Shown: one piece after another, positions 49,600 to 58,762 of the stretch
Layout of the letters: every line of letters starts with the position of its first letter
How positions within the stretch are numbered: position 1 is the first letter of the stretch
Assembly (NCBI GenBank): GCA_026225415.1
Contig: JAMFSS010000006.1
Span: 1 to 64,000 of the forward strand
Origin: Alphaproteobacteria bacterium
GTDB taxonomy: Bacteria; Pseudomonadota; Alphaproteobacteria; UBA9219
Reading direction: 5' to 3'
DNA: 64,000 nt
Notes under the pieces: model-generated
What the model was told of the DNA's origin: nothing
Database searches by the model: none
The model's input: only the letters and a program-made list of their open reading frames with translations
Position numbers and translations under genes: made by a program

Positions 49600-50481
49600 T
49601 TAAAACCAGCCGATATGTTCGCCCAAAGCTTTTTGAAAAAGAAACGCAAAAAAACCGGCGAAAGCCAAACCATCAATGCGATCGAGCACGCCGCCATGGC
49701 CGGGGATCAGATCGCCACTTTCTTTAACGCCCGACCGGCGTTTGAAATGCGATTCAAACAAATCGCCCAATTGGGCAACCACCGCCAGAAGCGGCGAGAG
49801 AACTACGGCGACCAAAGGCATTTGCGCCCCCATCCAACGCGCCGTAAGATAGCCCATAAGAATGGCCAAAGCCATCCCACCAAATAACCCGGCCCATGTC
49901 TTACTGGGGCTTATCGCGGGCGCAAGTTTGGCGCCGCCAATGATACGCCCCGCGACATAGGCGCCGATATCGGTGCCCCAGACGGTAAGCAGCACAAAGA
50001 AAACCAGCCCCGCGCCAACATCGGGCGTGGCGCGCAATGATAACAAAGCAAGCCCGCTGCCCCCCATATAAGGGATGCCGAGCGCAATCCAGGCCGCATG
50101 CTCATTTTGGTCACGCGCTGCCAGTAAAAACAAAACCAATGTCGCCAGCACACCCAGCATCGCACCGAAAGAAGGCGATAGCAGCATACCCGCCAACATG
50201 ACGATAATCAGCAAGGCGCAAGCGATGCCAACCATTTTGGGGTTCGTGGCATGGTTATGCGAAGCGGGCACAATAAGCCGCAACCACTCAAATAACCCCA
50301 CAACAACTACACAAGTGATCAGCGCCCCATAGGCAATTCCGCCCAGATAAACGCCCAATAGGGCAACAGGGGTCATAATCGCCGCCGAGATCAGGCGCAG
50401 ACGCAAATTCGCAATATCGAATTTTTCAAGAAGGGGGGCAGCTTGCAAGGATTTCAACCTGTAAAATAGAGAAAGAATCAC
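49600..50481 (-). CDS. cdsA: phosphatidate cytidylyltransferase (CDP-diglyceride synthase)
   Basis: A multi-transmembrane protein with the C-terminal CdsA signature (...FESHFKRRSGVKESGDLIPGHGGVLDRIDG). Confidence 0.85.
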   Translation of the reverse strand: MILSLFYRLKSLQAAPLLEKFDIANLRLRLISAAIMTPVALLGVYLGGIAYGALITCVVVVGLFEWLRLIVPASHNHATNPKMVGIACALLIIVMLAGMLLSPSFGAMLGVLATLVLFLLAARDQNEHAAWIALGIPYMGGSGLALLSLRATPDVGAGLVFFVLLTVWGTDIGAYVAGRIIGGAKLAPAISPSKTWAGLFGGMALAILMGYLTARWMGAQMPLVAVVLSPLLAVVAQLGDLFESHFKRRSGVKESGDLIPGHGGVLDRIDGLAFAGFFAFLFQKALGEHIGWF

Positions 50482-50580
50482 TCTTTCTAATGGTTTAACA
50501 CGGGTTCAAATCATAGGTACAGTCTTGTTACGTCCTTTCCGCGCCAAATATTAACAAAATCTTATGGCTATGCCCTTAAA

Positions 50581-51225
50581 ATGACGAGGTTTATCCCAAG
50601 ATACTGGAACAGCATGTTTCTTGTCGTTTTTGTCACTTTGGTGATTTCGATCATCGCCTTGTTCGGGCAGGTTTTAACCCTGCAGACCGCGAAAATTAAT
50701 GCCGCGCAGATTGGCCTGATGCAAACCATGATGGCATGGCATGCGGGTGCCGTCGCCGTGGGCAAAACGATTTTACCCGCCAGCCTGACGACCGCCGGAT
50801 GTTATTTAAATGCCGGATTAACGGGGGTCACCAATTGCCCGTCTTCTGTTGCCATAGCCAATGTGCCTCCCGGCTATAATTTTGGTCAATTCAGTTTTAA
50901 TTCGCTGGCGTTTGTGACCCCACCACCGGCTGTCGCCTATGTTGTTACCTATGTGGGGGCAACAGCGGCGACAGGCAATCTGGTTTTGCCGGGCAACGGG
51001 GCTGGCGCTTTTGAAACCGGTTATTCCATGAAGGATTTATCGCGGCAATTCGCCCGGGCGGTGCCGGTTTATCTGGCCTATGGTTCTGTGACCAGTTCCG
51101 GCATATTGACAATCGTGGCAAAATCCGGTGGGTCTGCAACCGGCGATACGCCACCCGCCACGACCTATTCTATTCCTATCTCGATTCCCACAGGTTCGCT
51201 GGCTATACTCTCGGTTGCCCAATGA
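50581..51225 (+). CDS. hypothetical membrane-anchored protein, operonic with the pilin-like fibre protein
   Basis: An N-terminal transmembrane helix (MFLVVFVTLVISIIALF) then a Gly/Thr/Ala-rich extracytoplasmic region. The stop overlaps the next gene. An alternative start lies at 50614. Confidence 0.4.
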   Translation: MTRFIPRYWNSMFLVVFVTLVISIIALFGQVLTLQTAKINAAQIGLMQTMMAWHAGAVAVGKTILPASLTTAGCYLNAGLTGVTNCPSSVAIANVPPGYNFGQFSFNSLAFVTPPPAVAYVVTYVGATAATGNLVLPGNGAGAFETGYSMKDLSRQFARAVPVYLAYGSVTSSGILTIVAKSGGSATGDTPPATTYSIPISIPTGSLAILSVAQ

Positions 51226-51251
51226 TGTTTATGACGCAAAAGGAACGCCCT

Positions 51252-52697
51252 ATGACAAAACGCCCTTTCCAATATCGCTCGCGCGGTTTTACGCTTATCG
51301 AATTGGCCATCGTCCTTGGCGTGGTTGGTGTGTTGGCAGCCGGTTTGTTCCGTCTGATGTCGACTGGTAATTCGCAAAGCAAAGATGCATCAACAGCACA
51401 ACAACAACAGGCATTGATCGCAGCCGTTGCCGGGTATTTGTCGGATAATAGTTCGGGTGGTGGACAGAATGTGATGAAGGCGATGGGCGCCTATGGCACT
51501 CAAAATATTCCTCTGCCGACCAGCAATACAAGCCTTAGCAACTGCCAAGCCACGGGCTACGCTTTATCGGGTGGTCTCGCCAGCCCTTATGCCAATATGT
51601 GTAACTTTCTGCCACCTGGCTTTACCCAAAGCACCACAAATTCTTATGGCCAAACTTATACTATTCAGGTTTTGAAAGATAACACGCCACCCGGCCCCAC
51701 TGCGCCGCAAACCTATTCTTATGAAATCGCGACAACCGGCCCCGTTGTGCCTGATGTGGATGGCGGCCGCATTTCCAGCCTGATCGGCGGCGATGGCGGT
51801 TTTGTTTACACATCGCCTGTTTGCACAGGTGCTGCATCATCGGTAACCGCGTGCGGTACCATGGGCGCGTGGAGCAACGTCATCACCAATCCCGGCACGT
51901 CGCAAGGTTATGGTTTTGCGTCTTCACAATTCGGTTCGATCGTTTCGCGGAGCTTTATTTCGCCCGGCACCAACAGCAGCTATTTCTGGCTGGCACGCTC
52001 TCTTATGCCGAGCGGTGCGCCGGATCTGACCTACAATACAATGGCGACCGATTTATATATGAGCGGTGCGACTAACATCAATATGAGTAGTGGCGCTTTG
52101 ATTTTCAGCGGCACCGATGTTAGCGGATCGATCCAGATGGGTACCGGTTTTATTAATTTGGCTTCGGGCTATATTTCCGGGCCGGGTCTGGCGGGTGGCG
52201 CCGCCCAAATTGAATTGGGCAGCGGTGCCTATACGGCAGGCACACTGATTTCCTTAACAACCGGATGCACGGCCATATCAACGGCGGGCTGTCCCGCAGC
52301 CCTTTATGTGACCACGGGTGATGTCTTCGTTGCCGGAGAAGTTACAGCAACAAAAGTTTATTCAGCATCGGATGAACGTTTGAAAATGAATATTCACCCC
52401 ATCGTCAACCCTTTAGACAACATCATGAAGATTGACCCGGTCAGCTTTAATTTTAAAAATGGCGGTTCAGCCAGTATGGGTATTGTCGCCCAGCAGCTTG
52501 AAACCGTGTATCCTGAATTGGTTCATGAAACCAACGGCACGAAATATGTCGAATACACCGCCCTGATCGGGCCGTTGATCGGCGCCATTCAGGAATTGAA
52601 GCATCAGAATGATGATCTTCGTGCCAAACTGCATGAACAGGAAATGCGGGAACAGGATTTGGAACGCACTTTAAAAGGCACGTCGGCAACCCCCTGA
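51252..52697 (+). CDS. type IV prepilin-like N-terminus fused to a Gly/Ser/Thr-rich fibre region and a C-terminal intramolecular-chaperone / peptidase S74 domain
   Basis: The start is trimmed to MTKRPFQYRSRG|FTLIELAIVLGVVGVLAAG, a canonical prepilin leader with the G-F-T-L-I-E motif. The C-terminus reads SASDERLKMNIHPIVNPLDNIMKIDPVSFNFKNGG...MGIVAQQLETVYPELV...VEYTALIGPLIGAIQELKHQNDDLRAKLHEQE, paralogous to the ORF at 318..959. Confidence 0.6.
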   Translation: MTKRPFQYRSRGFTLIELAIVLGVVGVLAAGLFRLMSTGNSQSKDASTAQQQQALIAAVAGYLSDNSSGGGQNVMKAMGAYGTQNIPLPTSNTSLSNCQATGYALSGGLASPYANMCNFLPPGFTQSTTNSYGQTYTIQVLKDNTPPGPTAPQTYSYEIATTGPVVPDVDGGRISSLIGGDGGFVYTSPVCTGAASSVTACGTMGAWSNVITNPGTSQGYGFASSQFGSIVSRSFISPGTNSSYFWLARSLMPSGAPDLTYNTMATDLYMSGATNINMSSGALIFSGTDVSGSIQMGTGFINLASGYISGPGLAGGAAQIELGSGAYTAGTLISLTTGCTAISTAGCPAALYVTTGDVFVAGEVTATKVYSASDERLKMNIHPIVNPLDNIMKIDPVSFNFKNGGSASMGIVAQQLETVYPELVHETNGTKYVEYTALIGPLIGAIQELKHQNDDLRAKLHEQEMREQDLERTLKGTSATP

Positions 52698-52705
52698 CAT
52701 TGTTG

Positions 52706-53077
52706 TTATTGGGTGATGATATCGCAATGGACCGCGCATTGGCCGCTTGTGTTCTGATGAATGCAGCAATGCGGCATGGTCGCGCCCTGCCCCTTGGTAA
52801 AAGCGGCAGGATTGGTCGTTAAACAACCATCATTTCCTAGACCCGAGATATCATTGAAAATATCCACGCCCTGTATGGTTGGCATGTAATGCGATGCGCA
52901 GGCACTGGCATCGGCGATCAATTTATCGGTTGAAGGGAATTGGGGATCATTACCATCGCAAGGCAAAGTTTGACGGCAGTTGAAAGCGCTCACCACCATT
53001 CCCTGCGCCATCACCTGCATGGGCGCCACGACCACAAAACCTAAAGCAACCAAACGGGCAAAAGAGGACAGGCGCAT
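52706..53077 (-). CDS. small secreted cysteine-rich hypothetical protein
   Basis: The start is trimmed to MRLSSFARLVALGFVVVAPMQVMAQG, a signal peptide with a GGAG ribosome-binding site. The mature part has 10 Cys. The signal peptide resembles that of the partial ORF at 1..289. Confidence 0.4.
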   Translation of the reverse strand: MRLSSFARLVALGFVVVAPMQVMAQGMVVSAFNCRQTLPCDGNDPQFPSTDKLIADASACASHYMPTIQGVDIFNDISGLGNDGCLTTNPAAFTKGQGATMPHCCIHQNTSGQCAVHCDIITQ

Positions 53078-53249
53078 TGGTTCTCCGGGGACAGGGACGA
53101 AACAGAAAGCCAAACATATCTTGGGCAGTTAACAAGGACAAGCCCGCATTTGGCCTTTATCTTACGCGCCGAACGGGCACCCCCACCCCGATAGACAAAA
53201 GCGCGTGGTTTCGCTATCAATACCCTTCAAAAAGTCAGGAGTATCATTG

Positions 53250-54323
53250 ATGCAAAACAGCCACTTAAAACCCGGTGTCGTTTGGGGCGAAACCTATCAA
53301 CAACTGGTATCGGCCTGCAAAAAAGGCGGCTATGCCCTGCCCGCTGTCAATGTGATTGGCACCAACAGCATCAATGCCGTTCTGGAATCCGCAGCCCGCA
53401 ATAAATCGGATATCATTATCCAGCTATCGAGCGGGGGCGCGCAGTTTTTTGGCGGTCCCTCCCTTGCCGATTCCCTGACGGCGCGTACCTTGGGCGCGAT
53501 ATCCGCCGCCCAGCATGTGCATAAAATGGCCGAACATTACGGCATCTGCGTTGTGCTTCATACCGATCATGCCAATAAATCGCTCATTCCCTGGGTGGAA
53601 GCGATGATCACCCACAGCGCCGATCACCATAGACAAAGCGGCACGCCGCTTTTCTCTTCCCACATGCTGGATTTATCCGAAGAACCTTTGGCCGACAATC
53701 TGGCCGAATGCCGCCGCATTTTGGCCAAACTTGCGCCCTTGGGCATGAGCCTTGAAATTGAATTGGGCGTAACGGGCGGCGAAGAAGACGGCGTGGGGTC
53801 GGAGGATTTGGGCAGCGCCGATCATTCGCGCCTGTATACCCAACCCGAAGATGTGTGGCAGGCTTATGAAACATTGAAACCTATCGGGCATTTTTCGGTA
53901 GCGGCATCGTTTGGCAATGTGCATGGCGTGTACGCGCCGGGCAATGTCAAATTGCGCCCCGAAATTCTGGATAAGTCGCAAAAGCTGATCCAGCAAAAAA
54001 CCGGCATCGAAAAAGCGGTTAATTTTGTTTTCCACGGCGGGTCAGGTTCCGATAAAAAAGACATTGAAAACGCCATCAGTTACGGCGTGTTCAAAATGAA
54101 TATCGATACCGACACGCAATTTGCCTTTGCCCACGGCATTGGCGGTTATGTGGCGCAAAACCCCGAAGCATTTCAGGCGCAGATAAGCCCCACAACGCAC
54201 AAGCCATTAAAAAGCCTTTATGATCCGCGTAAATGGTTACGTGTCGGCGAGAAGTCGATGGGCGCACGCATGGACGAAGCATTTAAGGATTTGGGTTCGA
54301 CCGGACGCAGCTTGGCTGCGTAA
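53250..54323 (+). CDS. fbaA: fructose-bisphosphate aldolase, class II
   Basis: IIQLSSGGAQFF...VVLHTDHANK...HGGSGS. The start is trimmed to MQNSHLK with an AGGAG ribosome-binding site. Confidence 0.92.
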   Translation: MQNSHLKPGVVWGETYQQLVSACKKGGYALPAVNVIGTNSINAVLESAARNKSDIIIQLSSGGAQFFGGPSLADSLTARTLGAISAAQHVHKMAEHYGICVVLHTDHANKSLIPWVEAMITHSADHHRQSGTPLFSSHMLDLSEEPLADNLAECRRILAKLAPLGMSLEIELGVTGGEEDGVGSEDLGSADHSRLYTQPEDVWQAYETLKPIGHFSVAASFGNVHGVYAPGNVKLRPEILDKSQKLIQQKTGIEKAVNFVFHGGSGSDKKDIENAISYGVFKMNIDTDTQFAFAHGIGGYVAQNPEAFQAQISPTTHKPLKSLYDPRKWLRVGEKSMGARMDEAFKDLGSTGRSLAA

Positions 54324-54362
54324 ATCAAAAGTCAGCTTAGCTGTTTAAAAAAGGAAAAAAAG

Positions 54363-54911
54363 ATGTTCATTCAAACCGAAGAAACACCAAACCCCGCGAC
54401 GATGAAGTTTTTACCCGGTCGCGATGTGATGGGCAGCGGAACGTTGGAAATCACCTCCGCGGCACAGGCGGCGCAGTCGCCTTTGGCAGAAATGCTTTTT
54501 AAGATCGACGATGTGCGTGGCGTTTTTCTGGGCAAGGATTTCATCACCGTCACCAAGGGCGATGAAAAAAGCTGGACGACACTTAAACCACCCGTCCTGA
54601 CCGCCATTATGGAACATTTTTCTTCGCATGCGCCGATTGTGACGGGCGCGGCAGAATCCACAGCAGAAGCGGTTGACGAGAACCCCATCATCGCCAAAAT
54701 CCGCGAATTGCTGGATCAAAAAATTCGCCCCGCCGTTGCCCAGGATGGCGGCGACATCACCTTTCAAAGCTTTGACGACGGCATTGTGTATTTGAACCTG
54801 AAAGGGTCTTGCGCGGGCTGTCCCAGTTCCAGCATGACATTGAAAGCCGGCGTCGAAAATATGTTGCGGCATTATGTGCCGGAAGTGCGCGAAGTGCGTC
54901 AAGTGCGATAA
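54363..54911 (+). CDS. nfuA: NifU/Nfu family Fe-S cluster assembly protein
   Basis: Nfu_N (MFIQTEETPNPATMKF) plus a NifU C-terminal domain with the CAGCPSS motif. Confidence 0.85.
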   Translation: MFIQTEETPNPATMKFLPGRDVMGSGTLEITSAAQAAQSPLAEMLFKIDDVRGVFLGKDFITVTKGDEKSWTTLKPPVLTAIMEHFSSHAPIVTGAAESTAEAVDENPIIAKIRELLDQKIRPAVAQDGGDITFQSFDDGIVYLNLKGSCAGCPSSSMTLKAGVENMLRHYVPEVREVRQVR

Positions 54912-54929
54912 ATAAAAGGAGCTGCGACC

Positions 54930-55958
54930 ATGAAAAAATTCTCTTCCCTTCTGTTTGCCAGCGTTTTGCTCACGCCCCTGATGGCATCCGCGCAAAGCTA
55001 TTATGAACAGGAAGGCTATCAGCCGCCGCAATTGGAACAGATGGTCGCACCCATCGCGCTGTATCCTGACGCGCTTTTAACACCGGTTTTGGTGGCATCT
55101 AATTACCCGCAACAGATCAGAGATGCGTTAGGCTGGCTCGGCAACCCCTATTTGGCGCAAACACCGCCCGATCAGGTAAGCCTGCAGTTGCAACAAATGC
55201 CATGGGATGACAGCGTTAAATTTCTGACCGCCTTTCCCCAGGTTCTGCAACGGATGAATGATAACCCTTCATGGGAACAACAGATGGGTTCGGCCTACGC
55301 CCAACAGCCTTATGATGTTATGGATGCTGTTCAAAATCTGCGCCATGATGCCGAAGAAGCAGGCGTCTTGCGCTCTAACGCGCAGGCCAGTGTTTATCAG
55401 CAAGGCAATGATATTCTGATCCAGCCAACCAACCCCAATATGATTTACGTGCCCGCCTATGATCCTGCACGCGCCTATGGCGAATGGGTTGAACCGCAAT
55501 ATCCTCCTTACGCCTTTGTTGTCGAACGTCATCGCGAACAGCTGTATGTTCCGTCGTTTTTGTCTTTCAGCTTTGTCAGCAACCATTGGCACCCTCATCC
55601 TATGGCGTGGCAAAGCCGCGAGCATGTTGATCACGCATTCCATACTTCCTATCCCGCGCCGGAAGTGCATCATGATGCACCGCATGTGGATGCGCATCAT
55701 TTTGATGCGCCCCGCCATCATGAAGATCATCCTGCGCCCGTGCATGAAGCGCCGGCAGCAGCTCCTCAAGTGCAACAGCATTTCGAAGAAGCACCGCGTT
55801 CGCCCGGCCTTGCGCATCCCCAACCGCAACAGCAGGCTGCACCTGTGCACAATGCGCCGCCCGCAGCGGCACCGGAACATCATGAAGAGCCACATCACGA
55901 GGAACCGCATCATGATGAGCCGCCCCATAATGACGGGCATGATGAGCATCATCCGTAA
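54930..55958 (+). CDS. DUF3300-family secreted protein with a His-rich C-terminal tail
   Basis: A signal peptide, then the APIALYPDALLTPVLVAS signature. The C-terminus reads HHEEPHHEEPHHDEPPHNDGHDEHHP. Confidence 0.6.
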   Translation: MKKFSSLLFASVLLTPLMASAQSYYEQEGYQPPQLEQMVAPIALYPDALLTPVLVASNYPQQIRDALGWLGNPYLAQTPPDQVSLQLQQMPWDDSVKFLTAFPQVLQRMNDNPSWEQQMGSAYAQQPYDVMDAVQNLRHDAEEAGVLRSNAQASVYQQGNDILIQPTNPNMIYVPAYDPARAYGEWVEPQYPPYAFVVERHREQLYVPSFLSFSFVSNHWHPHPMAWQSREHVDHAFHTSYPAPEVHHDAPHVDAHHFDAPRHHEDHPAPVHEAPAAAPQVQQHFEEAPRSPGLAHPQPQQQAAPVHNAPPAAAPEHHEEPHHEEPHHDEPPHNDGHDEHHP

Positions 55959-56582
55959 ATGCTGATATTGGCGTTGGATAGTTGTGGCGCGGCATGTGCC
56001 ACCGGCGTGTGGCAAGATGGTGTTATGATCGCCAGCGCCCGCGAAGATATGGCGCGCGGACAGGATGCGCGTCTGATGCCGATGCTTATGGATGTGATGG
56101 CACAGGCCAAATGTGATTTTGCGGCCTTGGATAAAATTGCCGTGACACGCGGACCGGGGAGTTTTACAGGATCACGCGTGGGGTTAGCGGCAGCACGCGG
56201 CATTGGTTTGGCGGCGAACAAATCCGTTATCGGCATCGACCGTTTTGCGATTTATCACGCAGCACATGCCGCCATCGGCAAAGATATTCTGGTGGTGATT
56301 GAATCGAAACGCGCCGAGCTTTTTTGCAAATTTTTTCCTGCGCAAAATGCACCGCATGAATTTTGTTTGTGGACCGAAGCGCAAATTGCCGATTTTATCG
56401 CCGCGCATCCCGATGTTATAATTGCCGGTGATCGCGCCAATGGCGATGAGGATATCGTGAAAATATGCGCCGATCTTGCCGCACATGCTGATGCGATGCA
56501 TCCTGACTATCAACCGCGCCCGCTTTATTTACGCGCGCCCGATGTCAGTTTTCCCACAGCCAAAGCTTCCAGCGCGCGATAA
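55959..56582 (+). CDS. tsaB: tRNA threonylcarbamoyladenosine biosynthesis protein TsaB (YeaZ)
   Basis: MLILALDSCGAACATGVW...AVTRGPGSFTGSRVGLAAARGI. Confidence 0.85.
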   Translation: MLILALDSCGAACATGVWQDGVMIASAREDMARGQDARLMPMLMDVMAQAKCDFAALDKIAVTRGPGSFTGSRVGLAAARGIGLAANKSVIGIDRFAIYHAAHAAIGKDILVVIESKRAELFCKFFPAQNAPHEFCLWTEAQIADFIAAHPDVIIAGDRANGDEDIVKICADLAAHADAMHPDYQPRPLYLRAPDVSFPTAKASSAR

Positions 56583-57049
56583 CGCCCGTGGAAATACGCT
56601 AACGGTTCCTTGGTGCCCGCGCGTTTGTGCAGATCGATAACTTCGCCGACAAAAATGCTATGGTCGCCGCCTTTATGCACCGCATGAGGTTTGCACAAAA
56701 CCCAGCCCAGCGTGCCGCGCAGAACGGGGCAACCGCCCACCCCCGCATCCCACATATTTTTCGGCGCGGGATTATGGTGACTGTCGGCAAAATGGCGCGA
56801 AACTTTTTCCTGTCCCGCTGCCAGGAAATTAATCACGAAACAATCCACCTGCCGAAAAGCTTTATGAAGCGCTGCATCACGGTCGAGGCAAAACAACACC
56901 AAAGGCGGCGCCAACGATACGGAAGTAAAAGAATTAACCGTAAGGCCAAATTCGCCCAAAGCATCATTTTGGGCCGTTACCACGGCAACACCTGTGGTAA
57001 AACATCCTAAAATCTGGCGGAATTCCGCACTGTCTATTTTTTTGCTCAT
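56525..57049 (-). CDS. flavin reductase-like FMN-binding domain protein
   Basis: FRQILGCFTTGVAVVTA...GLTVNSFTSVSLAPPLVLFCL. The start is trimmed to MSKKIDS. Confidence 0.8.
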   Translation of the reverse strand: MSKKIDSAEFRQILGCFTTGVAVVTAQNDALGEFGLTVNSFTSVSLAPPLVLFCLDRDAALHKAFRQVDCFVINFLAAGQEKVSRHFADSHHNPAPKNMWDAGVGGCPVLRGTLGWVLCKPHAVHKGGDHSIFVGEVIDLHKRAGTKEPLAYFHGRYRALEALAVGKLTSGARK

Positions 57050-57121
57050 AAGCCCCACAGAAACAGAATTTTCCTTTGTGCACAATTCTTAAATGGCATT
57101 TTGCTCGTTTTTCTTTAGAAT

Positions 57122-57577
57122 ATGGCCATGGTTAAACGCAAAAACACAGATAGAAACGTCTCTATTTCCCAAGCCGCGCTGCGTCTTGCCGCAGAAATTG
57201 ATCGCATAGCCTTTGCACAAAAATTCACGGGTTCGCCGCATGATAGGTTGTTTGATATTCTGATGGCGCGTTTCGATGTGATGCAAAAACACCGCACGGT
57301 GATTATCAACATGGCCAAGGCTGCACGGCATGATCGCGCCTTAACCCTTGCGCTTGGCCGCGCGACGATTGACGGAACCTATCGCATTATCGATACTGCA
57401 AAAATTTCTAACCCGCCGCGTCCGGTTTTGGCCGCCGGAATTACTGCGATTTATGGTTGGGCATTTTTTGCGTGGCAACGCGATACAAGCCGCGATATGG
57501 CCAAAACAATGGCGGCATTGGATCGCGGTTTGCGATTGGCAAGCAAGGCTTTGGAACTACTCAAACCACGCTCTTGA
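57122..57577 (+). CDS. hypothetical protein (possible COQ9/TetR_C-like helical fold)
   Basis: 151-aa ORF, helical with no clear HTH. The family assignment is weak. Confidence 0.3.
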   Translation: MAMVKRKNTDRNVSISQAALRLAAEIDRIAFAQKFTGSPHDRLFDILMARFDVMQKHRTVIINMAKAARHDRALTLALGRATIDGTYRIIDTAKISNPPRPVLAAGITAIYGWAFFAWQRDTSRDMAKTMAALDRGLRLASKALELLKPRS

Positions 57578-58298
57578 CGCGTGAGAGTGTAAGAACGTCT
57601 ACTTGGCTTGCGCCAGCCTTTAACAAAATACGCGCGCATTCTTCGGCTGTCGCGCCTGTCGTCAACACATCATCAATCAACACAATGTTTTTGCCATTGA
57701 TTAGCGCATGATGGTGCGGCGCAATGGCAAAAGCACCGCGCACATTATCTTGGCGTTCTTTGCGTTTCAACTTGCCCTGAATGGGTGTAGCGCGGATGCG
57801 GCGTAACAGATCCGGCATAACCGCTTTGCCCGACAACACCCCTATGTGATGAGCCAACAACGAAGATTGATTGTAACGCCGTTTAAACAACCGCCAGCGA
57901 TGAAGCGGCACCGGCATCAGATAATCCGCGCCCGCCAACATATCGCCGCCCGCGCGATACATCCATGTCGCCAAAGCCTTGGCGGTATAGGTGCGATCGC
58001 CATGTTTGAAACCCAGCACCAGCCCCCGGCTGGCATCATCATAAATCATCGCGGCGCGGGCGGCATGATAATGGGGCGGTTGCACAAGGCACGACCCGCA
58101 CACCATCCCATCACCCACCGGAATATCGAACGGTGCCCCGCAACAAGCGCAAAAAGGCGGTGCGATAAAAGGGATGGTTTTCCAACATGCCGCACATAAA
58201 GTCGCCACCCCACCCACCGGATCATCACACACAAGGCAAAGCGGCGGCAGCAACAGATCAAGCGTGCGGGTGGAGAATTTTTTAAGGACGGAACGCAT
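57561..58298 (-). CDS. comF: ComF/GntX family phosphoribosyltransferase-domain protein
   Basis: N-terminal Cys4 (CLVC...CAAC) and a PRTase motif (NIVLIDDVLTTGATAEE). The start is trimmed to MRSVLKK. Confidence 0.75.
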   Translation of the reverse strand: MRSVLKKFSTRTLDLLLPPLCLVCDDPVGGVATLCAACWKTIPFIAPPFCACCGAPFDIPVGDGMVCGSCLVQPPHYHAARAAMIYDDASRGLVLGFKHGDRTYTAKALATWMYRAGGDMLAGADYLMPVPLHRWRLFKRRYNQSSLLAHHIGVLSGKAVMPDLLRRIRATPIQGKLKRKERQDNVRGAFAIAPHHHALINGKNIVLIDDVLTTGATAEECARILLKAGASQVDVLTLSRVKSVV

Positions 58299-58429
58299 GT
58301 GGCTATTTTGCCCCAGACCGGGGCTGGTAACAAGTGGCGCCAAACCAGCGATTCTGCCTTGATGGCGCCTGCGATTGCTTTTTCTACCCAAAACATCTAT
58401 AAATCTCCGTTCCCACAAGGAGAAAAACC

Positions 58430-58723
58430 ATGAACAGCCTGAACGAAGAAGATCTGAAGAAAAACGTTAAAGACAAGGACACATGGTTGCGTTTTGTCTA
58501 TCTGGTGGTTTTCGGTGTGGCATTTTATTTGTCCATTCTTTTGACATTCGCCACTTCGGTATTTCAGTTTCTGGCCAAGCTGTTCAGCGGTTCGGCCTTT
58601 GCCGGTCTGGCAGAATTTGGCGATAATCTGGCCGCCTATCAGGGGCAGGTTACGCGCTATCTAACCTTTGCATCGGACGAAAAACCTTTTCCGTTCGCGC
58701 CATTCCCGACCAAACAACTTTAG
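58430..58723 (+). CDS. small membrane protein (DUF4389-like)
   Basis: 97 aa with two predicted transmembrane helices and a good ribosome-binding site (AGGAGAAAAACCATG). Confidence 0.35.
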   Translation: MNSLNEEDLKKNVKDKDTWLRFVYLVVFGVAFYLSILLTFATSVFQFLAKLFSGSAFAGLAEFGDNLAAYQGQVTRYLTFASDEKPFPFAPFPTKQL

Positions 58724-58762
58724 TACCCCGCATTTAATAAGCGTATTAGAAAAGGATTTCTT

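Noticed and set aside
55269-56015. 248-aa minus-strand ORF (Met/Arg/Ile/His-rich) opposite the DUF3300 gene
   Set aside because: It is the mirror image of the His/Pro/Glu-rich coding strand. The plus-strand gene has a signal peptide and a family signature.
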